NCBI GenBank assembly: GCA_002269645.1
Contig: NIVC01003470.1
Location: forward strand, 32,259 to 96,258
Direction: 5' to 3'
DNA length: 64,000 nt
Source of the DNA: Macrostomum lignano
Lineage: Eukaryota
Both the position numbers and the translations under genes were made by a program. This document shows, piece by piece, positions 44,832 through 56,400 of the stretch. The first letter of the stretch is position 1. Each line of letters begins with the position of its first letter. The notes below the pieces were generated by a model that did no database searches, was not told the origin of the DNA, and saw nothing but the letters and a program-made list of their open reading frames with translations.

Positions 44832-45923
44832 GAACTAAATCCGGTAGGCGTTTTTACACCATTTTACCCTCGATTTTGAACAAGCAGAACTTCGAAACTG
44901 ATAAACTCCTTTCAATATTGACACTCTATGGCTGGGCACTCAAAATGTACGAGTACAATCAATATTGACAGATCGAGCTTCAAGCCCTGACAAACTCTGT
45001 TTCAATTTTGACAATGCACGTTTAGTCGACTTTTTCTCTGAGAATTCGGTAACTAAGTAATCCAATGAAAGCCTGAACGGTGCTGAACTGATCTGTGCAA
45101 AATCAGCTCATTCTGACCCTGCTTTTGGGATCTACAAGTTTTGATATAAAAATGTCTCCATCTTTTTACACACAGACTAAAATAGCCTGACTAGTTGGGC
45201 TGCAAAGTCCGATTCTATTTTGACAGAGTTGCTTCAAAACTGACACTATGGTTTGTGTACCCAAAAAGTCTGCTTCATTTTTGACAACTCCTAAGCAATA
45301 TTGAACAGTTTACAATCAATTTTGACTGCTACCTTACTACGTCTGTTATTGGCTTTGTGTGTTCAGAAAAAAGGCCATAAACACGTAGCACTGTTAACGA
45401 TTCAAAAGAAGTCTTGTAGTCGTATTTTTAAATAACACGCAAATGCTAGATTTCTAGGTTAGGTTGGGTACCTGGACACGGGCGGCAGGAGTTTGTGGCA
45501 CCAGAGGCACGTGCCCCCCTCAGAAAATGAGTCCATGCGGCACACAATGTACGCCTCGTATTGTGCCCCCTGAATCTTTGAGTTTCTAACATTTGAGTGC
45601 TTAGTAATATCGGTACTTTTTATGCCCAATTAGCAGCTTAATTATAGGGACACCCATGCTCATTTTGCACTAGATCAGTTCAGCACCGTTCAGGCTTTCA
45701 TTGGATTACTTAGTTACCGAATTCTCAGAGGAAAAGTCGACTAAACGTGCATTTTCAAAGTTGAAACAGAGTTTGTCAGAGTTTGAATCTCGATCAATAT
45801 TGATTGTAGATTTTGAGTGTGCCCAGCCATAGAGTCAATATTGAAAGGCGTTTGTCAGTTTCGAAGTTCTCCTTGTCCAAAATCGCGGGTAAAATGGTGT
45901 ACCAATAGGACAGGATTTCGTTC
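44832..45923. mobile_element. Foldback / non-autonomous DNA transposon with ~260-bp inverted arms
   Basis: ~44832-45103 is the imperfect reverse complement of ~45662-45923. Confidence 0.85.
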
Positions 45924-46465
45924 CTCAGAGATTCCTCAGAGACAGGTCTTCTTTTCTTCCTTTTCTTCAAAGTCTTCTTAGAGACCGCTCCGAGTCGGAA
46001 TTTTTACTTAGATTTTCACTTATTATTTTAGTAAAATTTTGAGGAAAAAAAGTTTAAGATCGCATATTTACTTAGTTCATATGTACCGGTATGTTGTGTA
46101 TTGTTAGAGAACATACTTTGCGCAGACTCAGAAGCCCCCGAGCCGATTGTTTTGTTGTCTATAGGGCATAATCTATTATTTTATAATAAAAGTAGTTACG
46201 ACATGCATCCCAAGAGGAGTAGTTAATCCAGCGGAGCAATACGATACGAGCGTAGCTCGAACCGCTTGATGTGAAGTGAACTATTGCCTTCCTTACTTAA
46301 ATGTACATGTAGTAGCTCCAGGTCGGAGCAGAAGACGTAACACGGTATTTGCTTAAGGGGTCGTGAATGTTTGAGCATTACCAAATATGGGGTTAAGCAA
46401 ATACAGCTGCTGAAATCCGGCACCTTGAACAAACAAATGTTGGTCCTACGTAAGGTTCTGAGTCA

Positions 46466-46836
46466 GGGGGGCCGTAAGCCCAGCGGTAGCGCAGCTGCTC
46501 TGGTGTGCCAGCGACCCAGGCTCGATTCCAAGTGTAGTCACATTAATTTGGGGCTGAATTGGAATCTCGGCTTGGCTCTGCTCGTGCAATTAACGGCCTT
46601 GAGAGCCAACCCCCCAAGGCGCAGTGAAGTGTACATGCCTAACGATAATATAAAGTTAGGGCCGCTGTACACTCCTGTGTGAGTGTGTGCCTGCGTACGT
46701 ATCCGCGCGCTTGTATGCCTGCTCAGGGGAGTCGGCGGAATGGGCAGTAATGCCTCTCGCCGGTTGTGTGCCTATATGTCGCTTAAAGTGCGCCAGGGTG
46801 CACACAACCCCCCTGCCTCTAATAAAAATAAAATAA
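46466..46836 (+). mobile_element. tRNA-head SINE, complete
   Basis: A-box-like AAGCCCAGCGGTAG, B-box GGCTCGATTCC, (AATAA)n tail, perfect 14-bp TSD AAGGTTCTGAGTCA. Confidence 0.92.
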
Positions 46837-47049
46837 AAGGTTCTGAGTCACTCTGCACATGATTCGTTTCAAAAATAGGTTGCACATTTAAATTGACTTT
46901 TCTTAGAGTATTACTTTAAGTAGCACGCAGTATGCTTTTATTAGCTCTCTACACGTAGATGGGCGGTTATATACGCTCGTAACCTCAGTTAGCTATAGCC
47001 AACTGAAAAATTTTGGCCAAACGTAAAATTATAGCCAAGTGAAAACATT

Positions 47050-47960
47050 TGACGAACCCACTGAAGAGATTCCGACTAGCTCTGGCGTGCTGCAGGACGA
47101 CACCCTCTCTTTCGTGCTCCGCACGAAACATGTACGTGCTCCGCAGGACTCTGCAAGAATATGACTTTGTGGTTGCCCAGCGCCCGCAGCTCGCGGCATC
47201 TTGAGGTCAGCCTCCCCTGTCTGGCCTATGCTGACGACAAGCCCTTGTCTGCTGCGGCCCGGAGTCGGCACAGAGAGCAGCAAACCGGAGGTGGTTGCTC
47301 TTCGCGGAGGGTGCCCGTGTGATGTCTGCAGATCAGAGCCAAGAATACCAAGGTACTTCATGTGAGCACTGAGACTGCCGCGCTTCTGATGCTGCCTAAT
47401 GGGGACACAATAGCTGTCTGCCAGGACTTTAAGTATCTCGGCGTTCCGGTCATGCGACCCAATGTCATCATTCAAAACCGGCTTGGCGTGCCCGATCCCA
47501 CCACTTCCACTCCAACGCCACTGACAATACTAGCTCGTAAGATCCTGTTTAGGGTAGCTTTGGAGCCCATCCTGTTCTATGGGCTGGAGCTAGGCGGTCC
47601 CCATGACAGCAACCCGCTTCGCTGCTCTGGACGCCTCCTACCGCCGACTGCTGCTCAATTCTCTCGGATGCCGCTACCCAGAGCTGCTGAGCAGCGAGCA
47701 GCTAGAAGCCCGCTCGATCCTGAGCACCACCTCCGCCGGCGCCGACTGTGCCTGGAGGGCCGTAGCCATGGTTGGTCGGACGCCCTCCCTTTGGCCACCC
47801 TGATGCTGCACGACCCGACGACGGAGCCCCTGCACCGAGGCCAGGCCCGCACCACCACCCTGCTGGCCACTCTGATGGAGGACCTGCTGAGCATCGGCCT
47901 GACCCCCTTGACCACTACTGACTGTTCCCTCAGCCTGCTCAAACAGCGTGTGCTCCCTAA
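47050..47960 (+). pseudogene. 5'-truncated, degenerate RTE LINE fragment
   Basis: SSGVLQDDTL, LAYADD, DFKYLG, EPILFYGLE, LHRGQARTTT. Confidence 0.82.
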
Positions 47961-48869
47961 CGCTTTCGTGGATGACCCTAAGCTGACTTCAGTCAATTGG
48001 AATTACCAAAAATGGGGGACGAGCTCCGGATTAGTGGAGCGTTTAATGCTGTGCAGGGTTTCAAATGAAGACCATTGACACACCGCTCTAGATCAGCCAG
48101 TTTGTAAACATTGCTTCCTTATTTTCAAGCAACTTATTTTCAAGTGCTACTGTATTTATTTGTTAATTAGAGTAATGGTCGCTATTAGATATTTAGAATC
48201 AGGATTAAATCACAGGTCGTCCTCAACTACCTGTTTATTATCAATATTCATACGCCTTAATATGACTAATGGATCCAATATTTTTCTGAAAATTTTGCAC
48301 TTATTGATTGTAAAAAAACTGCAGTGCTAGTGACGACTACAGATTAGTTTTAGTGCGAGAATCAATCCATGGATGCGGAATAATTGCTACACAGACATAA
48401 ATTTCAAATCCTACTAAATCCTATTGTTTGGTGTCCTGTTAAAATATTGTGCAAACAATAAAGAGCTTGCAGTAATAAGTCGATGACTCCATCAAAAGAA
48501 AGCAATTGCCAGTCTCAAGGTTCATCATCAACAGACGAGATGAGGTGATTCCTTCTTCTCAATCAGCTGAAAGGTGAGTGTGTTAAGATTTATGAAGCGA
48601 TTCATTTAATTTTCAAACCCTGTGCTAGGGGTCGCCAACATTTTCAGAGCAAGGGCCAAATAGCCAATTTTTTAAGGGCTCAGGAGCCAATGACATAAAG
48701 AAGTGAAAAACTACACTTGCGTCATGTCGATCTGCAGACTATTTTCCAATTGATGATGATCAAAGCCTTAATCCCACCCTAAATTGAGATTTCGTCAACC
48801 CAAAACATGTCCTGTTCCTTCTCTTCTCACTCCAATCCCAATAACAACCACCCTCTCTGGAAAAATTCA

Positions 48870-51800
48870 TGTTGTACTTTGGCTTTAAGCCTTCAATGTA
48901 TCCATGGCTCATTGACGCTGAGCTCAGCTCTCAATTCATTTTATTTTTGTTCTTTTATAGCTTGGTCCGTTCGACCTCTTTATATTAACATTTGTGCAGT
49001 CACGTAAATAAATTGTCTATGGAGAACTTTTGTTTCACCCACAGCACCCTCCCTCTTCTACAGGGCGGTGCACGGTCTGAACTCGGGTACGATAAAACAC
49101 GCGAGGCTTCAGTGCCAAGCGCTCGCTCCGCCTGGGCGATGACCTTGGCGGACCTCCAGCCTCAGTGCTTGGCTGCTGTGGGTTCTCCATCTTCTTTGGT
49201 CCAACTGGTAGAACATTGTCTCGCAATGATGGAACCGCTCGATCGTCATCGCATCCAGTAGCAGCTTCACTGGGTTCAGGAGCAGTAGTTTTGAAGCTCT
49301 TTTGCGTCTCAGAAACCTCACCGACTCGAAGTTGGTCGTAGTGAGCCTTCAGACTGCGTCCCTCATTTGTAGTTACGATTGCTATGTTGCTGCCAAGCGT
49401 TTTGGCGAATCGCAGTTTGTGGCTCGTGAGAATTCGATGCACGGTAGATAAGTGATTGTCCTGAGTTCCACTTGGACTGAGCCTTGCTCTCCGACATTGG
49501 CAGTCGGATTTTCCTGCCGTTCAGTAGCTCGGAAGGTGATGCATGCTGCTTCCCTTTGGCTGCTCTGTAGTACAATAGGAATCTGTCAATGCTCCTTTGC
49601 GAAAAACCGTTTGTTTGATTGATTCCTTGACAGTCCTCACCATGCACTCTGCAATCCGTTGCTCTGGGGATGGTAGGCGGGCGCTGTGATGTGCGCACAG
49701 CCAGTCTGGGCAAGCCAGCCGGTCACGTCTTCACTAACAGAGCCGGGGCCATTATCAGAAACGAGACACTTGGGCACACCCAACTGTGAGAATAGTCTTC
49801 GAAGTCTTGTGATACTCGTAACTGTCTCGGCCTTCATGTCGTTTGTTATGAATACTTCGGGGTAGCTATTGTATCCACAACAACGAGTAGGTATTTGCCT
49901 TCTATTGGGCCGGCGAAATCGATGTGTACTCGCTCCCTGGGATTATCCGGTTCTGGCCACGAGTGTCTAAAGTTCTTATTTCTGGACTTGTAAGCGTTGC
50001 ACACATTGCATCGCCCGATATACTCAGCGATATCACGGTCCATCTGTGGCCACCAGAACTGCTCTCTTAATATCGACTTCGACTTTTCAACTCCAAGGTG
50101 TGTAGAATGCACAGCTGCTAAGGCAGTTTCTCTCAAACAATCTGGTAGTACAATTCTGTCCTTTCTGTAAATAATTCCATCATTGACGGTCAGGTCATCC
50201 TGCACTTTTGAGTAGTTAAGCAGCATTGGATCTTCATTGAGGCTATTGTTGGCTACGGCAGCGCTCAGTCTTGTCGGGGTTGTCGGGCACTAGTCGGGAT
50301 AGCGCATCGGACTTCATGAGCTTAGACGGTCGGTATTGTATTTCATAGTCATAGGCGGCCAGGATGATTGCCCATCGCTGCAATCGAGCTGAAACTCTGA
50401 TTGGCAACTCCTTGTCTGGTGCGAATATAAAAGTGAGTGGTCGGTGGTCGGTTATCAACGTGAACTTCTGGCCGTACAAGAACCGATTACATCTTTGAAT
50501 ACACCAAACCAATGCAAAGCCTTTCCGTTCTATTTGCGAATACTTTGTCTCAGCTTCAGACAATGTTTTGCTCATGTATAGCACGACTTGACCGCTTTGT
50601 GTCAACACTCCACCTAAAGCTCGCTGAGAACTGTCGCATTCCAGTTCAATTGGCTTCTCGGGGTCGAATATTTGGAGACTCGATTGATCGGAGAGTGCAG
50701 CCTTGATTTCGTCGAATGCTCCCTGGCACTACGTTGTCCACACATAATCCTCATTTTTCTTCCTTAGCCGGTTGAGCGGCTTGGTCAGTGCAGCTAAGTT
50801 TTTGATGAACTTTCCACTGAAGTTAACGAGACCCAGGAAGGACTCAAGTTCACTGACATTCTGTGGTGGTATAATGTCCTGAATTGCCTTCACTTTGGCT
50901 GGATCTAATTTCAGCTGATCTCCTTCCAGTAAATACCCCAGAAACTTGATTGACCTATTGCGGAATTCACTTTTCGCCATGTTGATCTTTAATCCTTGAT
51001 GGTTCAGTCGGTGCAAGACTTCCTTCTCTCGACCTGCCAACTGATCTACGCTTTTGCTGCATATCAAGATGTCGTCCACATAGGCAATGACACCAGGTAT
51101 TCCTTGTAGGACTTGACTGATGTACCGCTGGAAGATCGCGGGTGCTGTCTTCACTCCAAACGGTAGCCTATTGAAGGCAAACATTCCAAATGGTGTCGAC
51201 ATGACTGTGAACTCTTTAGAACTGTTATCCAATAGAATCTGGTGATAAGCCTTCTCTACGTCCAGACGAGTGTAGATCTGGCTGCCGGCCGCTGTTGCGA
51301 TTACTTCATCAGGAGCAGGCATCGGATAAGAATCATTGACAAGGTGTGGGTTTATTGTCACTTTGTAGTCCACGCAAATTCTCAGCTTTCCCGATGGTGT
51401 CTTGATTACGACGATTGGTGAAGCCCATTCACTTCACCAATTCTCAATTTCAGTCCCTTCCGCCTCTACAAAACTGGTAGTCTTTGGTCGTGTTGCAGTT
51501 CTCCTGAACCGGCTATGAGTAGACGGACTTTTCGGGTGTCTTGGGCCCTCTTCCTAAACTATTCGACTTCGATCTGCACACAACAGCGAAGTGGTTCGGC
51601 ATCCAACATTTGTTGCAGATCTTTCCTCACGCTCTGCTGGAGCCATGTGCTGTGCCGCATCTGCCACAGCCTGTTGAATGGGGGCTCTTGGCCATAGATG
51701 CTGAAATTTCATGACCTCTGCTGAGTGAGACTGACTTGTAGGGCAGCCCTTGAGGATTTTTGTTTGTGACAAGTTTTGGTGCGCTTCAGCGATGTGATAG

Positions 51801-52623
51801 TCGTGTCAAAGGTGAGATTGCTGAAATCCTGTTCCAACAGCTTGCTGATTGTCACCTTATCGTTTAAACCGAACACTAGCTGGTCTCTTTGATTCGTCTC
51901 TGGCTGGGCCAAACTGACATTTGTCTGCTTGCAAGCAGAGTTGCTGCGCATACTCACGGATGTTTGTTGATGTCGTGCGAGTGATGTGCTGAAAGTTAAA
52001 TCTCTCAGCCATGACGAACGTCTTTCGTTCCAGGATGCTGGCCAGTAGTTTCACTATCTCTTCAAAGCTCTTTTCTCCCGGCTTCTTTGGAGCAGCTCGG
52101 TCTGCCAGGGCGTCATATATGTATAACTTTTTGCTGAGCTTCATGAGCAGCAGTTTGTTCTTCGTGTCCTCCTGCCAGCCGTTGAGTTCGCTGCACAGGG
52201 TGAATCGGTCCATCCACCTCTGAAAATTCGCAGTTTCATCAAGTTTATCGATTCCAACGTGCTGGCCTCTTGAGAACATTTTTGCTGTCGCATCTTGTGC
52301 GCTTGATTGCTCCGCTGTCGCAACTGCCGATTTTGCCACTTGTACAGATTTCGAGTAAATCGCTGGTGGTGCCGATTTCTCGCCAGCGGCTGTCTTACCA
52401 ACTCGACCTTTGGATGGCGACTTTGCCAGACTTCCAGGCATTTCGGTAGCTGCTGCTTGCGATGCCACTGTTGTACTTTGGCTTTAAGCCTTCAATGTAT
52501 CCATGGCTCATTGACGCTGAGCTCAGCTCTCAATTCATTTTATTTGTTCTTAACATTTGTTCTTAACATTTGCACAGTCACGTAAATAAATTTCTATGGG
52601 TAACTTTTGTTTCACCCACAACA
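48870..52623 (-). mobile_element. Internally deleted Gypsy LTR retrotransposon
   Basis: LTRs 48870-49046 and 52469-52623; PPT next to the left LTR; 5-bp flanks ATTCA/GTTCA; gag, RT (YVDDILI), RH, IN (RERVHIDFAGP, LVSDNG); no protease seen. Confidence 0.9.
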
Positions 52624-52699
52624 GTTCAGACCTGCAGCCTATCTACATTCTCCCACAGAAGGCCAACACAGATAGGGATGAGAAAGGTGGAAGCGAGAG

Positions 52700-52798
52700 A
52701 AAATGTAGTGAAAGCTCAGGGGGCGGATACAATGCTAGATCATCAAGGGCCTTAGGGGCAGGATTGGAAGCCCTTGGGCCGGAGGTTGCCGACCCCTG
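52700..52798 (-). mobile_element. hAT-like terminal fragment (similar ends at 48626+, 15035+, 61843+)
   Basis: CAGGGGTCGGCAACCTCCGGCCC resembles hAT/Charlie-type termini; no matching TSD found. Confidence 0.55.
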
Positions 52799-53184
52799 TG
52801 CTGGTAGTAGGTTTTATGCTTGCGAGTTCCTATTTTGAATTTGGCAGTAGTGACTTTTTTAATTCGGAGAAGATATGAGAAAATAAAACTGTAAATCTCC
52901 CTGAAAAAATATCGTCTGTGGGAAGTTAAACAGAGCATTTCTGCTCTACAAAAGTGAACGAATCAATGTAGGAATAACTGAATAGATATCTATAGATGTC
53001 TGCCAAAAAGCCACCCCTGTAGTTTTGGATTTTCCTAATTTTGAAATTTTGAGGATGTTTATAATCAGAAACGTTAAACGTTTTAATCAGCGCCTTGCTA
53101 TCTGCACTCTACTCTACGACAAGCATTTACGGAAAATAAAATTCAGAACACTTAATCACTATAATTAAAAACAACTTCACTCAC

Positions 53185-53493
53185 AAACGCGTAAATCAAT
53201 CTCATAGGACAGTTCTCGTTTGCAGTTGTTCACAGCTTCGCAGTTGTATATGCCACTCATATTCTTTGTTAAGCTCACAAACTGTAGTGTTCCGAGCACC
53301 GTGTAACGCCCTACGGGTTCGCGCTCCGTAACCTCGTTGCTCTCCTCAACGCCGTTCCTTGGTAGGGAGGCCCAGTTCCGGCGCCAATTGATGGTGGGTC
53401 GGTCCATGCCCCTTGCTATGCAGGTCATACTGATCGAGTCGCCAACTCTTTTCCGAAGAACCAATCGGGTTGTCGGCTCTAGAAGACGGAGAC
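53185..53493 (-). CDS. Ig-domain exon of the type that follows LDLa repeats in perlecan
   Basis: CIARGMDRPTINWRRNWASLP..SGIYNCEAVN versus recalled perlecan CVA.GVPTPIINWRLNWGHIP..GAYTCEA.N; AG/GT boundaries. Confidence 0.85.
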
Positions 53494-56400
53494 CTATATA
53501 AAGAAATTTGATAAATAAAAAGTATGAGCAGATCGGTCTGTGACTATTTAAACTTTTTCTCGTCGAACTTCAGCATTCACTCACATTGAGTTGGATCGCA
53601 CATCAACTCATCGGTACCTCCATCGCAGTCATTTTCCTTGTCGCATTCATAGTTGCGCTGAATGCACTTGTCTGAACTTCTGGGACAGCACGTCTCCTCC
53701 GGTCGGCACCGTGTACAGGTGTTTTCTTTAACTAAATTGATAAGATGAGAGAAATGTATGTAAAGTCCGAAATGTTTTGTTAAACCTCCGATAAACGATA
53801 AGCTGAAGGCAAAGCGATCAATGTTCAGAAATACTCGTATTACCGAATCATGATTTCAACAATTTGGTAGTGCTAAAGAACTGATATTACCCCTTACAGC
53901 AAAACTTAGAGTGAAGAGACAGGTTTTCATCATAGCCGTTGCCGCAGTCATCCTGGCCATCACATAGCCAATGTTTGAGGACGCAACGCTTCGTCGGGCT
54001 CTGGCCATTGTGAGTCTCGCATTTCACCTCGTTTGGTTCGCATTCTACAGAGTAGTTTTAGTTGGCTGTGTTATCGGCGTACTTTCACAAACTTCAAATG
54101 GCTGGACTTCATAAATCTCAAACTCTACATTCCCTAATTTTCACAAGTCCAAAATTTTATAAAGTTTCACTTTTTCCAGGTTTTTGTTTGCAGGCTCTTT
54201 CACAATCTCCAACTTTCACAGACCCAAAATATTATATTAGAAATTTTTTAATTTCATTTTTGAAGTTTTGGTTTTGAACTTTGGGGTTGTGAAATTTGGG
54301 GTTTCCACAAACCTGTGTCAAGAGCCTGTAGAAAAGTCGGGCGAAGTAAAATTAGGGTTATGATGACGTTTGAGGATGAGAAGTTTAGGGGATGTGAAAA
54401 TTAGGGATTGTGAAGTAAAGGCGTCCGCGATATTGAACTATATTCAGAGCCAGTCAAAGCCCTTATTAGTCATATTGGTCGTCAAAATGTATTACTTTTC
54501 AAAGTAGCGTTGAGACTTACGCCACTTCAAAAAGCCCCTAAAACTTACTATCACAGTTTTCGGGGGCCTCATCAGCACCATCGGAGCAATCAGCTTTCTT
54601 GTCGCACATTAGGCTCGCATCTTTGCAGGTCTGGTCGCACACGAACTGGGCCCCAGTGCAGAATTGCAAGTTGCTAGTGCTTGAGCTGTTGGTTATAAGT
54701 TTGATAATTTCAGTTTTAACGACACCAAATTTTGTAGACAATCAGAACGGCATTGAATTTTCTCGCTCGTAAGAGCTATACATTATTGGAGTGAAATACA
54801 GAGAAATTGATGAAGGTACAAAGCATAGAATGGGATGGACGCTTTAAGTCCATTAACATGGAACATTTTACGAGTACGAAGCTCATGACTCTAGCAGTGG
54901 TGTCCAATATGATTCTTGCAGCTACGCTAGTAGTTTTTGCTCGATAGATTTGCTGAGATGAGCAATGCGGCAATATTTTGACAAAATATGCAAAGATAAA
55001 AAAGGAAAAACCTGAATGATCCTGTGATGCTAACTGATGTCCGGTAAAAGGCGGCAAAGTTATAATTACAGCGATAGTTCCCGTTGTCACTTGGCCCTGC
55101 GTTACGTAGAACATAGCGAAACACTGTTGGAGAAACGATTTCTTGGGACAGTGAAATTCGTTCATCATTTTTGAATATCGATACTCCAGCTGGCTGAACA
55201 TCTCGGTTAAAAGGAATTCCGTTAAAATGACACTCCAAGGTCACGTCGCGACCGCTGAGAAAAACTCGACGCGGAGGACTCTTCTCGCCTTCGACGTACA
55301 GATCCACCGACACTATAAGTGGGTAATATTGAGGTAGATATTTTTTAGAATTGAATCAGTGGAGTAATCTTTCTTTTAGTTTTGTGATAGGTCGTGCTAA
55401 TCTTTCGTAGGTACTCTTGTACTTTTCGAAGGATAGGACATTACGCATAACGTTTGCACTAACATATTCAGTGGCTTTCACTACACAGACTGGTTATTAA
55501 CTACTTTTTTGTAAACAGTGAGCTCAAAATGTTTGTGTGTGTTGAAGGAATCTTGTTGAAGACTATTCAGAAATAATAAAAATGTCTGACACCGAGTTCT
55601 CCTAGATTATTTTCAACAATCTTTTGCATGATGGGTTTAGTTTGCATTTTAAATTTGTAAATTGAATTTGGCCGCTCTTGTAATAAAGTTTAGAAATTAC
55701 GAAAAGCATTTAATTTTAATTTGCATTTAAACTAGTCTTTAGTTTAGCAAAGTCTCTACAAGCGTATTGCATACTAGTTAATGCTAGTTAAAAATAAAAA
55801 TGCTCTACTAACCATCAGGTGATCCGTTGCTGACAATGTTTGATCTTAACTCCTGTCCATCATATGTCGCAGTGCATATGTACTGAACGAAATTACGGAT
55901 CTCCGGCGTTCGAGTTTGGTAGAAGCGGAAGCTGTTTACTGACGAACTCGAAGAAGGTAGTGACTTTATTGGCCACCAGAGCGACCCATTATTGCTTAAC
56001 ACGTACACTTTTGGTTGTTCACGAAAAGACCGGTCCCTCTCACAGCTTAGTATCTCGAATGAAGCACCACTCCTCTCGATTGAAAGGGCTAGAAAAGAAA
56101 ATGGGATTCGCATAAGAATGGTTTTTAGAGCCACTAAGTCTCATACTATGTTGCTCAGAAAGTTTGAATGCGCACCCAGAAAGGAACGTGGGCCCTCTGA
56201 CTATTTTGCTCATAGTATTGTAATTCGATATTTTCTCTCGAGAATATTGCACTCCGGTTTTTCCCAGAAATGCTTTGAAAATTGCAAAACAACTCCTTCC
56301 CAAGTACCCAAGCATGCTTCGTGCATCGGACTGTTCGTGTGTTAATTTCTTGGGGGGGGGGTAATGGGTTTGTTTTCGCATGATGTAACGGTATTTAGTT

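Noticed and set aside
46223-46432. Minus-strand 69-aa ORF as the last exon of the Ig/LDLa gene
   Set aside because: No recognisable domain and the splice phase could not be established
46466-46540. tRNA genes at the SINE heads (also 28754 and 58553)
   Set aside because: No complete cloverleaf; they continue into SINE bodies with tails and, for two copies, TSDs
52455-52468. Assigning a specific tRNA to the PBS of the second Gypsy (TGGCATCGC)
   Set aside because: The position fits a PBS, but I cannot match it confidently to a tRNA 3' end
48626-52798. A single hAT element enclosing the second Gypsy
   Set aside because: The ends are hAT-like and face inward, but the 8-bp flanks do not match and the bodies look like different families
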